Of a DNA stretch of 64,000 bases, positions 1 to 9,233 are shown piece by piece. The notes beneath the pieces were generated by a model, which worked only from the letters and a program-made list of their open reading frames with translations, searched no databases and had not been told where the DNA came from. The DNA is from an uncultured Clostridia bacterium (GTDB lineage Bacteria > Bacillota > Clostridia > Christensenellales > UBA1242), in the NCBI GenBank assembly GCA_934757845.1, contig CAKVLQ010000003.1, forward strand, positions 43,657 through 107,656. Direction: 5' to 3'. Both the position numbers and the translations under genes were made by a program. The first letter of the stretch is position 1. Each line of letters opens with the position of its first letter.

Positions 1-1899
1 AAACAAACTTATGGCGAAAATTTAACAAAACTTAATGGTGTTTCTAATGACAATTTGAATTTTACATATTTTATTGACAACTTTATTGATAAATCAAGCA
101 AGGTTGTTGATATTTCAATAAACCCAAACGCAAATTCCGACACAAAAGATGTTACAAGTTTAATTCACAACATGGCAGAGCCTCATTGCAAACTTCTTGC
201 CATGAACAAAATCTTTTATGAAATTAAAAAGAAATATGGCGTAAGTCAAGCCCAAAAATGGCTTAAAAGTGAATGGATTGGCGAAACTTATCTTCACGAT
301 TTTCCAACTGCAACATTTATTCCTTATTGCTATGCAGTTGACCTTGATGCTTTAAGTGAAAAAGGATTGTTTTTTATTAACAAATTCAAAACTGAACCAG
401 CAAAACATTTGACTACTTTTAATGACCATTGTTTGGAATATATTGGCTGGCTTTCTAACAGGCAATCTGGGGCTGTGGGGCTTCCGTCTTATTTGGTTTA
501 TTCATATTATTTTTGGAAAAACGATGTTGAAAATGGGTTCTATTTGAAAGACCCTGAATATTATCGAAGGCAATGCTTTCAAAAGTTTGTTTATGACTTA
601 AATCAACCATATTTGCGTGTTATTCAAAGTGCTTTCACTAACATAACTATTATGGATAGAAATTATTTGGAAGAGTTGTTTGGTGGCAGGCTTTATCCAA
701 ATGGTGAATGTGTGATTGACAATATTGACGGAATTTTGGAGCATCAAAAAGTGTTTATGGACGTTGTTAAAGAAATTAGGCACAGCATGATGGCAACTTT
801 TCCAGTTATCACTTATTCACTGTTGTTTAAGAACGGCAAGTTTGTTGATGAAGAATTTGCAAAATGGGCTTGCAAAGAAAACATGGAATGGTGTGATGGA
901 AATTTCTATCTTGGAAGTGATGTTACAAGTTTAAGTTCATGTTGCAGGCTTGTTAATAACCTTAATGATGTTCACAAAAAGAAAGACCTTGGATTTATTA
1001 ACTCTATTGGCGGAACAAGTTTAAGCATTGGTTCGGTTAAAGTTAACACAATAAATTTAAGAAGAGTGGCACTTGACAGCAAAGGCGACAAAAACAAATT
1101 TTTTGAACTTTTGAATGACAGGGTAGACACAGTGGTTAAAACTTTGGATATTGTAAGACACATAATAAAAAGAAACATTGAAAAGGGGCTACTTCCAAAT
1201 TATAGTTATGGGTTGTTAAAACTTGAAAATCAATATAACACAATAGGAATAACCGCAATGTTTGAAGCGGTGCGTGAATTTGGTGGGATTGACACTGACG
1301 AATTTGGAAATGTTAGTTATAACGATTTTGGGCTTGAATTTGCAAAAAAAATATTAGATGAAATTAACAAACAAAAAGAAGAATATAATTTTGATTATTC
1401 AATTAATGTTGAAGCAATTCCAGCAGAAAGTGCAAATGTTAAATTAAGAAAAAAAGATGATATGTTTTATCCAAATTGTCATCATGAAAATATTTATTCC
1501 AACCAATGGATTCCACTTCAAGAAAAGTGCAGTATTAATGAAAAAGTTAAACTTGGAGCGATATTAGACAGCAAATGTGGTGGCGGACAAATTTCTCATA
1601 TAAATGTTGAAGGAGATTTTAACAACTTTGAACAGGCGTGGAAAATTTTAAATTATCTTGGCAAAAGCGGAGTTATTTATAGTTGTTTTAACAAAAAAAT
1701 TTCGGTTTGTGAAAGTGAGCACGCATATATTGGCAATGGTTGTTGTCCAAAATGCGGAAAGCCCAAATATGACGAGTTTACAAGAATTGTTGGGTTTTTG
1801 ACGCCGTCAAAATCATATTCAAAAGAACGATTTGAAGAATTTAACAACCGAAAATGGTATAATGTTGGAGAAATTGAAAATGAGAGTGCTAGAGATTAA
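1..1899 (+). CDS. nrdD: anaerobic ribonucleoside-triphosphate reductase (class III RNR), 5' end off window
   Basis: Frame 1 is open from nt 1, so the track start at 55 is an internal TTG. C-terminal Cys cluster CESEH...CCPKCG is followed by a glycyl-radical-type RIVGFL motif. An activase gene follows. Confidence 0.85.
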   Translation, partial: KQTYGENLTKLNGVSNDNLNFTYFIDNFIDKSSKVVDISINPNANSDTKDVTSLIHNMAEPHCKLLAMNKIFYEIKKKYGVSQAQKWLKSEWIGETYLHDFPTATFIPYCYAVDLDALSEKGLFFINKFKTEPAKHLTTFNDHCLEYIGWLSNRQSGAVGLPSYLVYSYYFWKNDVENGFYLKDPEYYRRQCFQKFVYDLNQPYLRVIQSAFTNITIMDRNYLEELFGGRLYPNGECVIDNIDGILEHQKVFMDVVKEIRHSMMATFPVITYSLLFKNGKFVDEEFAKWACKENMEWCDGNFYLGSDVTSLSSCCRLVNNLNDVHKKKDLGFINSIGGTSLSIGSVKVNTINLRRVALDSKGDKNKFFELLNDRVDTVVKTLDIVRHIIKRNIEKGLLPNYSYGLLKLENQYNTIGITAMFEAVREFGGIDTDEFGNVSYNDFGLEFAKKILDEINKQKEEYNFDYSINVEAIPAESANVKLRKKDDMFYPNCHHENIYSNQWIPLQEKCSINEKVKLGAILDSKCGGGQISHINVEGDFNNFEQAWKILNYLGKSGVIYSCFNKKISVCESEHAYIGNGCCPKCGKPKYDEFTRIVGFLTPSKSYSKERFEEFNNRKWYNVGEIENESARD

Positions 1900-2356
1900 A
1901 GATGAAGATTGCATAAACTTTAAAGAGATTTCAATGTTTATTGCTACTCCATTTTGCAGTGGAAAATGCTATAAAGAACTTGGTTTAGATTCTTCAATTT
2001 GTCAAAATGATAAGTTAAGAAATTCACCCATAACCACTATGAATAACGAAACAATTATTAAAAGATATTTGCAAAATCCATTAACAAAAGCAATAGTTTT
2101 TGGTGGATTAGAACCCCTTGACAGTTTTGCTGAACTAATCCAGTTTTTAAAAGAGTTTAGAAAAAATTGTGATGATACTATTGTTATTTACACGGGCTAT
2201 AAAGAAAATGAAATTGAAGACAAAATAAGCCTTCTAAAACAAATTGGAAATGTGATTTTGAAAGTTGGAAGATATATTCCAAATCAAAAAAACATTTTTG
2301 ACCAAAACTTGGGTGTTTATCTTGCAAGTAACAATCAATATTCAATAAAATTGTAG
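1880..2356 (+). CDS. nrdG: NrdG-like anaerobic RNR activating protein (small form)
   Basis: ATG 1880 has a GGAG RBS and overlaps the nrdD stop. GGLEPL motif typical of radical-SAM activases. Cys motif is C-x3-C-x10-C rather than the canonical CxxxCxxC. Confidence 0.6.
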   Translation: MRVLEIKDEDCINFKEISMFIATPFCSGKCYKELGLDSSICQNDKLRNSPITTMNNETIIKRYLQNPLTKAIVFGGLEPLDSFAELIQFLKEFRKNCDDTIVIYTGYKENEIEDKISLLKQIGNVILKVGRYIPNQKNIFDQNLGVYLASNNQYSIKL

Positions 2357-2365
2357 GAGAAAATT

Positions 2366-2878
2366 ATGAGAAAATGTGCAAAATTTGAAAAGGTTAGTTT
2401 AAAACAATTTAGTCAAGATTTTAAAGAGATTTTTCCACTTGATGATGAAAGAATTAAAAAAATTTATGACGAAATTAAACTCCCAAAAAGGGCAACAAAA
2501 TCAAGTGCGGGATATGACTTTTATCTTCCACTTGGCATCACGCTTGAACCCAAACAAACAATAAAAATTCCAACTGGAATAAGATGCTATATGGAAGACG
2601 ATGTGGTTTTAAGTTTATATCCACGAAGTAGCCTTGGATTTAAGTTTAAAATGCAACTTAATAATACTGTTGGAATAATTGACGCCGATTATTATAACGC
2701 CATGAATGAGGGGCACATTCAAATAAAAATAACAAATGATAACAACGAAAACAAAACAATTTGCCTAAAATCGGGCGATGCGTTTGCACAAGGTGTGTTT
2801 ACTGAATTTTTGATAACATTTGATGATGAAACCACTGGGCAAAGAACTGGCGGATTTGGTTCTACTAACAAAAATTAA
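2366..2878 (+). CDS. dut: dUTP diphosphatase (trimeric dUTPase)
   Basis: Motifs SSAGYDF, PRSSLG, GIIDADYY and RTGGFGSTN are present. Confidence 0.85.
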   Translation: MRKCAKFEKVSLKQFSQDFKEIFPLDDERIKKIYDEIKLPKRATKSSAGYDFYLPLGITLEPKQTIKIPTGIRCYMEDDVVLSLYPRSSLGFKFKMQLNNTVGIIDADYYNAMNEGHIQIKITNDNNENKTICLKSGDAFAQGVFTEFLITFDDETTGQRTGGFGSTNKN

Positions 2879-3120
2879 AGTTGAAGATGATTATTAAAAA
2901 CAAAAAAAGTTTTACTTTGTTATGCTAAAATTAACTTTTATTAGATATGAAATATTGTTTAAAATAAAGATTAAAATTTTGTTTTTTGAAAAAATTAAAA
3001 AAACACTTTACATTTGTAATTAAAAGTGATAATATAATCATGTCCGTTGCAAGGTTTGGCGATAAAATACCCTTACGCTATGCTTTGTTATTGGAGAAAT
3101 TTTGAAAGGGGAGAAATAAT

Positions 3121-3375
3121 ATGATTGATAAAAAAGAAATTATGTCTAAATATCAATTAAAAGACGGCGACACTGGTTCAACAGAAGTTCAAATTGCTCT
3201 TTTATCTGCAAGAATCAACCACATTACAGAACATCTTAAATCAAACAAACAAGACAATTCTGCAAAACGTGGTCTATTGATGCTTATCGGAAAAAGAAAT
3301 GGTCTTTTAAAATATTTGGAAAAGAAAGATATTAACAAATATCGTGAACTTAAAAAATCACTAGGAATTAGATAG
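3121..3375 (+). CDS. rpsO: 30S ribosomal protein S15
   Basis: 84 aa. DTGSTEVQIALLS...HLK...D..AKRGLL.LIGKR..LLKYL signature; strong GGGGAG RBS. Confidence 0.9.
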   Translation: MIDKKEIMSKYQLKDGDTGSTEVQIALLSARINHITEHLKSNKQDNSAKRGLLMLIGKRNGLLKYLEKKDINKYRELKKSLGIR

Positions 3376-3397
3376 TGCTTCGGCTCTATCTTTTTTT
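3370..3397 (+). terminator. rho-independent terminator after rpsO
   Basis: AGATAG...CTATCT stem followed by a T7 run. Confidence 0.55.
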
Positions 3398-3458
3398 ATA
3401 TTTTTTTATTAATTGCTGTTTAAAAATTTTAAATAGCATTTTTTATAAATTAAACAAC

Positions 3459-3486
3459 TTGACAAATATATTTTTTGTGATATAAT
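3459..3486 (+). promoter_or_regulatory. sigma-A-type promoter (TTGACA, 16 nt, TGaTATAAT)
   Basis: TTGACA 3459-3464 and extended -10 TGATATAAT 3478-3486. The -10 ends only 6 nt before ATG 3493. Confidence 0.5.
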
Positions 3487-3492
3487 AAAAAT

Positions 3493-3801
3493 ATGATTAT
3501 AAAAATAAATATTTTTTCACCAAGTGATGTTTGCAACCTTTATCTTGATGAAAGCAAAAACTTTGTTGAATATAACGGCATGGAAAAAACAATGGATATT
3601 AAAAATTATGTTCAAAAATTTGTGCAAATTTTTTCTTCTTGGTCTGAAAATTATAACGAGCCACTTGTTTTTGACATGGAAAATTTTAAGGTTGAAGTTG
3701 TTGGAAACAACAAATCAAAACAAATTTACGGTAGTGGCAATTACCCAAAAAACTATCATGAATTTAAAAGTTTAATAGGGGAGATTATCAGTTGTTTTTA
3801 G
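3493..3801 (+). CDS. hypothetical protein (possibly leaderless)
   Basis: 102-aa ORF with no RBS; its start is 7 nt after the -10. Its end overlaps the next gene by 10 nt. Confidence 0.4.
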   Translation: MIIKINIFSPSDVCNLYLDESKNFVEYNGMEKTMDIKNYVQKFVQIFSSWSENYNEPLVFDMENFKVEVVGNNKSKQIYGSGNYPKNYHEFKSLIGEIISCF

Positions 3802-3905
3802 ACGAAATAGAGAAAGACGAAATTGGTTATGTAGAATATTGCAAAAACAAAGTTAAAGAATATTTTGTTAACTTTTTTGATAAAAAATATGAAAAACAAA
3901 TTGAA
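3792..3905 (+). repeat. 114-nt direct repeat, copy 1 (5' end of paralog 1)
   Basis: Identical to 4860-4973 except for one substitution (gaa/gag). Confidence 0.9.
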
Positions 3906-4829
3906 CATAAAATTAACAGAGTTCATTTGATTTTTCTTGATAAATGTGCTTCAAAAATGCCTGCTGAGAACAGTTTCGCTCAAAACAAATATATTTCAAA
4001 GTTTTATAACAAATTATATAAAGTTTTTCAAAGAACTATTTTCAAAGATTATTCAAAATTTGTTTCAAAATTTTGCATAGCGGGAACTTTTCAAAAAATA
4101 GGTTCTGTTGATAATGAAAAAGATTCTGTTGAATATATTATTTATGAATATATAACAAGTGTAACACAATCAACTTTTGTGCACGAATTGTTGCACTGTA
4201 TAAGTGAGCAAGCTTTCCCTCATGAGCACAGAATATATAGAACCAATGAAGATATAGAGCGTGCATGTAAAAGCGGATTAGAAATTAATTTTATAACAAA
4301 GAATAAAAATATAATTATTAAAAACAAACTTTTAAATGAAGTTTTTACCGACTATGTGGCTATAAATATTACAGACCAAATGTGCAAAGATAATCTTGAG
4401 TTGTTTAGCAAAAAAATTGATGATTCAACATATTCTTATTGTTTTGTTTTAATTAAGCCTTTATTTGACAAATATTTTGACGCATTTAAAGATTTCTATT
4501 TGAATGACGACGAAACAAAACTTGATAATTTTTTTGGAAAAGAAAATATTAATGAACTTGATGATATTCTTAACAATTTTTTGGGCTACTCAGAAAGTTT
4601 AGACCGAAAAGGAGTTTTGAACCGTCTAGATTGCAACACTTTTAAGGACGGATTGAATAAAAGAAAAACAACAAATGATAAAGAAATTAATATTGTTTTA
4701 AAAAAATATTATAACAGTTTTGTTCAAATGAAAAATTTGATGGAAAAAATTGATACCCATGTTGAAAAAAATAAAATTGATTGGATAATGCAATTATCGA
4801 AGAATATGATTAATGTTTTTAAAAGATAA
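3792..4829 (+). CDS. HExxHC-motif protein, putative zinc metallopeptidase (paralog 1)
   Basis: TTG start after a GGGGAG RBS. Contains TFVHELLHC. First 38 aa are identical to the next gene. Confidence 0.6.
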   Translation: MFLDEIEKDEIGYVEYCKNKVKEYFVNFFDKKYEKQIEHKINRVHLIFLDKCASKMPAENSFAQNKYISKFYNKLYKVFQRTIFKDYSKFVSKFCIAGTFQKIGSVDNEKDSVEYIIYEYITSVTQSTFVHELLHCISEQAFPHEHRIYRTNEDIERACKSGLEINFITKNKNIIIKNKLLNEVFTDYVAINITDQMCKDNLELFSKKIDDSTYSYCFVLIKPLFDKYFDAFKDFYLNDDETKLDNFFGKENINELDDILNNFLGYSESLDRKGVLNRLDCNTFKDGLNKRKTTNDKEINIVLKKYYNSFVQMKNLMEKIDTHVEKNKIDWIMQLSKNMINVFKR

Positions 4830-4859
4830 AGCGTAAGAAATTTAATTGGAGAAATAAAA

Positions 4860-4973
4860 TTGTTTTTAGACGAGATAGAGAAAGACGAAATTGGTTATGT
4901 AGAATATTGCAAAAACAAAGTTAAAGAATATTTTGTTAACTTTTTTGATAAAAAATATGAAAAACAAATTGAA
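4860..4973 (+). repeat. 114-nt direct repeat, copy 2 (5' end of paralog 2)
   Basis: Identical to 3792-3905 except for one substitution. Confidence 0.9.
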
Positions 4974-6185
4974 AGAAGGATGGACGACACTCCATTAATT
5001 TTTGTTGAAGCAAAATATCAACCCCATCTTGCAAATATTGGCATATATAAACTTAAAAATGAAATGAAAACATTATATCAAAATTGGTTTAGCAAAAGTT
5101 TTTATAACGCCAAAATAAAAAATTGCAATGTTAATTTGATTTGTGAGTTTGAAGAATTGTTGTTTGATGGTGAAACTTCAAATGATGAGATTAAAAAAAT
5201 CTTTTTTAAACTAACAAATTGTCAAATTGTTGATGAAGATATTGAAAACGCACGAAAAATTTTTGAAAACGAATTTGAAAACGATATAAACAAACTTACA
5301 TTAACACAATATTCCTTTTTAAAAGGAAAGGGTGTGAATGTTGACGAAATTAACCTTGAAGATTTAAAACAAAACAAACATATTGCACAATTTTTTAACA
5401 AATTAACAACATTTTACAAACAAACATTGTTAGAAGATTTCCAATATTTTTCAAAAAGATTTGATTGTCAGGGGTCTTTTATTACACATTCAACATTAAG
5501 TGAAAATTGTGAACAATGTCAATATATTATCTATCAAGACGCCAAAGTTTTGTGTCAACAAACTTTTGTTCATGAACTTTTGCATTGTGTTAGCACAAAA
5601 GAAAGTTTTGTAAAAAATAATAATTCACTACGCATAAATCACAAATCGGGGGTTTACTTTGCTTTTGATATGCTAGAAGTCGATGAAAACAACAAACGAA
5701 CGCAAGAACATTTTAATGGTTTGTTTAACGAAATTTTCACTGACTATCTTGCAAACATCATAACAAATCAAATGTTTGCAAATGGTGACGAAATTTTTTT
5801 AAAACATGATAGTAAATCATCATATTCACAAAACATTGTTTTGCTTGAACCTTTGTTTAAAAAATATGACAAACAACTTGTTGAGTGTTATATGTGTTCA
5901 GAGCCTAACACACTTGAAAATTTGTTTGGCAAACAAAACCTTGATAGCCTAAATGAACTTATTCAAGGTTTTTCAGGTTACGCACAAACATTAATTTCAA
6001 AAGATGTGTCACTTTGCAAAACTTTTGAAGAAGGATTAAGTGCTTCAAAATTGCCAGAAAGTCCTTTTGTTCTTCCTGTTATAAACAAATATAACGCTTG
6101 TTTTGGAAAGATGGATAAAATTATGAAAAACATTGAAAATTTTGTTAATAATAGAAACAACGAAGTTTTGAACAAATTGTTTTAA
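4860..6185 (+). CDS. HExxHC-motif protein, putative zinc metallopeptidase (paralog 2)
   Basis: TTG start after a GGAG RBS. Contains TFVHELLHC and a shared NE(V/I)FTDY(V/L)A motif. Confidence 0.6.
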   Translation: MFLDEIEKDEIGYVEYCKNKVKEYFVNFFDKKYEKQIERRMDDTPLIFVEAKYQPHLANIGIYKLKNEMKTLYQNWFSKSFYNAKIKNCNVNLICEFEELLFDGETSNDEIKKIFFKLTNCQIVDEDIENARKIFENEFENDINKLTLTQYSFLKGKGVNVDEINLEDLKQNKHIAQFFNKLTTFYKQTLLEDFQYFSKRFDCQGSFITHSTLSENCEQCQYIIYQDAKVLCQQTFVHELLHCVSTKESFVKNNNSLRINHKSGVYFAFDMLEVDENNKRTQEHFNGLFNEIFTDYLANIITNQMFANGDEIFLKHDSKSSYSQNIVLLEPLFKKYDKQLVECYMCSEPNTLENLFGKQNLDSLNELIQGFSGYAQTLISKDVSLCKTFEEGLSASKLPESPFVLPVINKYNACFGKMDKIMKNIENFVNNRNNEVLNKLF

Positions 6186-6255
6186 AAAACTTTTTGTAAA
6201 CATTTGAAATTTTTTTTCATAAGTAATATAATTAAAAGGTTTTTAAGGAGAGATT

Positions 6256-6828
6256 ATGAAAAGATTTAAAGGTGATTATATTGTCTATTTAATTGTAAGC
6301 GTGCTTTTGATTGCTCTTGGCATAGTTATGATTGTAAACAATTATGAAATTGGTCTTAAGATTTTGAACATTGCTTTGGCTCTTATGATTGTTGCTTATC
6401 TTGCTCTTGTTTTGTTTCCACTTATTAAGCACAAAAGGGGAACAATTCAAATTTTAACCATTATTGAATTTGTGCTTGTTTGCATAATTGCTGTAGGTCT
6501 TGTGCTTCAACAATTTAAAGTTTTCAATATTGCAGGTGCTTGCAAAATTATTGGTTTAGTAATTTGGTTAAGGGCAGTGGTTGAATTGTTTAGAGCATAT
6601 TTTTATAGAGGAAAAGACTCAAGTTATAATTATGCTGTTTGGTATTTTTGCATAATTCTTGCGTTAATAACTCTTGGAACTTATATGTTTGCAAAACCAT
6701 TCTTCTCTGACACCCAAGTTGTTTTGGTGCTTGCCATTATGTGCTTTGTTGTTGCTATTGCTCTTATCGTTTTGGGAATTGTTTATGCTCCAAAAAACAA
6801 AAAAGCAAAACAAAGCAAAGCAAAATAA
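6256..6828 (+). CDS. integral membrane protein (about 6 TM)
   Basis: Hydrophobic segments throughout, a lysine-rich tail and a GGAG RBS. Confidence 0.6.
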   Translation: MKRFKGDYIVYLIVSVLLIALGIVMIVNNYEIGLKILNIALALMIVAYLALVLFPLIKHKRGTIQILTIIEFVLVCIIAVGLVLQQFKVFNIAGACKIIGLVIWLRAVVELFRAYFYRGKDSSYNYAVWYFCIILALITLGTYMFAKPFFSDTQVVLVLAIMCFVVAIALIVLGIVYAPKNKKAKQSKAK

Positions 6829-6995
6829 TTAATATTTTGAAAAAACAATTATAAAGAAAAAAAACATATTCAAAAACAACGAATATGTTTTTTTATTTGC
6901 AAATAATTAGGATTTATGACAATTTAAAAACAAATTTTAATGAACTTAACTTGATTTTTATTGTTTTTTAGGGTTTTTTATTGTATAATAAAGGT

Positions 6996-7667
6996 ATGTT
7001 AAACTTTTTTAGGGTTTATAGTGGAATAGATTTAATTATTGTTTGCATGGCATTTTTGATTGCCATTTTGTTTGCATTAACAATTCATGAATACAGCCAT
7101 AGTTTGATTGCCACAGTGCAAGGAGATTACACCAGCAGAAATTTTGGCAGGCTTACTCTTAATCCGTTTAAGCATATCGACCCAGTTGGTTTTTTGTGTC
7201 TTATTTTGTTTGGCTTTGGTTGGGCAAAACCTGTGCCAATAAATTCGTATAAATTTAAAAATTATAAAAAAGGGTTGTTTTTAACATCAATCAGTGGAAT
7301 TTGCACAAACTTCGTTGCCAGTTTTGTGTTTGTTGGAATTTTGGTTTTAAGTTTTGGTAATATTGGATTAGAGCAAATTGCATCACTAAATTATTTGGTT
7401 CAATTTTGCTTTTATTTGCTATATTTTTCGGCATCTATAAATTTAGGGCTTGCATTATTTAATGTTATTCCAATTCCGCCACTAGACGGCTTTAATGCGG
7501 TTTGCAGTTTCACAAAAGGAACAAGCAAGTTTACACAATTTTTAAGAACTTATGGATATTTTGTTTTGCTTCTTTTGTTAATATTTAATGTTATTGACAT
7601 GTTATTTACAATTTTGTATAATTTTATATTGCCAGCATTTGCAAGTTTTTGGCAATTTGTGTTTTAG
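6996..7667 (+). CDS. site-2 protease family (M50) membrane metalloprotease
   Basis: HEYSH zinc motif in the first TM region. Multiple TM segments with a PPLDG-type motif. Confidence 0.7.
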   Translation: MLNFFRVYSGIDLIIVCMAFLIAILFALTIHEYSHSLIATVQGDYTSRNFGRLTLNPFKHIDPVGFLCLILFGFGWAKPVPINSYKFKNYKKGLFLTSISGICTNFVASFVFVGILVLSFGNIGLEQIASLNYLVQFCFYLLYFSASINLGLALFNVIPIPPLDGFNAVCSFTKGTSKFTQFLRTYGYFVLLLLLIFNVIDMLFTILYNFILPAFASFWQFVF

Positions 7668-7675
7668 GTTAGGTT

Positions 7676-8488
7676 ATGGAAGAAATTAAAGAAGAAATTA
7701 AGGAAGAAAACAACTATCAAGTTGAAAATATTGACGATTACTCTAATGGCTATAAAGTTAAGTTAGATGTTTTTGAAGGTCCGCTTGACCTTTTGCTTCA
7801 CCTAATTAAAGATGCAAAACTTGACATTCAAACAATAAAATTAAGCGAAATAACAGGGCAATATTTGGAATATATCAACTCTATGGATTTGATAAACATG
7901 GAAAATGCTGCCGAGTTTTTGGAAGTGGCTGCCACATTAATTGAAATTAAAAGCAAAAAACTTCTTCCACGAGAAGAAGAGCCTGTGGAAGATGAAGAAG
8001 ATCCAGAAACACTTTTGAAACGAAGGCTTGAAGAATATAAATTGTTTAAAGACGCAAGCGAAGCCTTGAAAGAAATTGAAGATGTTAACAAGTTTTATAA
8101 AGCCCCAAACAAAGAAGCGGGTGATTATCGAATTGTTCTTAAACAAATGAACATTGAGAACTTGATAAAAGCATTTTCAACCTTGCTTGTTAAAGCCCAG
8201 TCGTCAGACCCAGAAAAAAATGAACGAACCATTGAACGAGATAGGTTTACGGTTGAAGAGAAAATTTTTGAAATTAAAAGTTTGCTTTTAAATGTTGATA
8301 AACTTAACTTTAACAGTTTGGTTAGTGACGATTTTTCAAGAAGTGAAATTATAAATTTGTTTTTGGCACTTTTAGAACTTTTGAAGCGACAATATATAAC
8401 AGTTGAGCAAAATGAAATTTATGGAGATATAGAAATTTTTAGAAACGAAGAAGGAGAAAAACTTGATGAAGAACCAAGAGAAGAATGA
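7676..8488 (+). CDS. scpA: segregation and condensation protein A
   Basis: FEGPLDLLLHLI signature; followed by an overlapping scpB. Confidence 0.85.
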   Translation: MEEIKEEIKEENNYQVENIDDYSNGYKVKLDVFEGPLDLLLHLIKDAKLDIQTIKLSEITGQYLEYINSMDLINMENAAEFLEVAATLIEIKSKKLLPREEEPVEDEEDPETLLKRRLEEYKLFKDASEALKEIEDVNKFYKAPNKEAGDYRIVLKQMNIENLIKAFSTLLVKAQSSDPEKNERTIERDRFTVEEKIFEIKSLLLNVDKLNFNSLVSDDFSRSEIINLFLALLELLKRQYITVEQNEIYGDIEIFRNEEGEKLDEEPREE

Positions 8489-9182
8489 ACTTGAAAACAA
8501 GTTAGAAGCACTTTTGTTTGTTAGTGGTGATAGTGTGGAAATTGCTGATATTATTGAAAAATGGCAAGTTACCGACAAGCAAATTGACAAAGCGGTTGAA
8601 AATTTAAAAGAAAGATTTAATGAAAATTTTGGAATTAAAATTTTGAAATTTAAAAACAAACTTCAACTTTGTTCAAACCCAGAATATGCTGACGAAATTA
8701 GTTTGGTATTAAATCCAATAAGAGAGCGTGCTTTAAGCAAAGCCACACTAGAAACAATAGCCATTGTTGCTTATAAACAACCAGTAACTAGGCTTGATAT
8801 TGAACAAATTAGGGGAGTTAACAGCGACTATGCTATTCAAACTCTTTTAAAGCACAATTTGATTGAAGTCGTTGGAAGAAAAGATGCTGTGGGAAAGCCA
8901 CTTTTGTTTGGAACAACAGATGAATTTTTGAAACGATTTAATTTAGAGAACTTATCAAATTTGCCTTCTTATGACGAACTTTTAAACTCAATTCAAGTTA
9001 TAAACAGCCAGTCTAGCATTTATAATGAATTTGATATTCCGCAAGAAGATGAAAATGAAGCAAGTGAAAATCCTGAAGAAAATTCTTTGAACGATGAGCA
9101 TATTGAAAATAGTCAAGAAGTTGCAGAGATTTTAAGCAATCATCAAAATAGTGGTAATGACGAAATTGTGGGAGAAATATAA
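8466..9182 (+). CDS. scpB: segregation and condensation protein B
   Basis: LEALLFVSG... and IRGV...L..L wHTH repeats; acidic tail. Confidence 0.85.
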   Translation: MKNQEKNELENKLEALLFVSGDSVEIADIIEKWQVTDKQIDKAVENLKERFNENFGIKILKFKNKLQLCSNPEYADEISLVLNPIRERALSKATLETIAIVAYKQPVTRLDIEQIRGVNSDYAIQTLLKHNLIEVVGRKDAVGKPLLFGTTDEFLKRFNLENLSNLPSYDELLNSIQVINSQSSIYNEFDIPQEDENEASENPEENSLNDEHIENSQEVAEILSNHQNSGNDEIVGEI

Positions 9183-9187
9183 AAAAA

Positions 9188-9211
9188 GCAACAAAATTGT
9201 TGCTTTTTTTT
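9188..9211. terminator. bidirectional terminator between convergent genes
   Basis: GCAACA-aaat-TGTTGC stem flanked by an A-run and a T-run. Confidence 0.6.
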
Positions 9212-9233
9212 AATTTTAATTGTTTGTTTATTC

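Noticed and set aside
598-1178. Minus-strand ORFs 598-783 and 972-1178 inside nrdD. Similar antisense or alternate-frame track ORFs include 7828-8146, 8372-8659, 10257-10885, 10913-11365, 11594-11881, 23526-24147, 34046-34637, 47008-49130, 50021-50251, 55544-57296 and 57787-59077.
   Set aside because: They lie entirely within well-supported genes on the other strand or frame. They lack RBSs and have the skewed, hydrophobic or low-complexity composition expected of antisense reading in AT-rich DNA.
3040-3120. S15 (rpsO) autoregulatory leader structure in the 5' UTR
   Set aside because: Such a leader is plausible from known biology, but I could not fold a convincing conserved structure by hand. 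It needs a covariance-model search.
3524-3775. Alternate-frame ORF 3524-3775, and likewise 36894-37184 inside spoIIAB/sigF
   Set aside because: They are nested out of frame in better-supported ORFs and have no RBS or recognisable motif.
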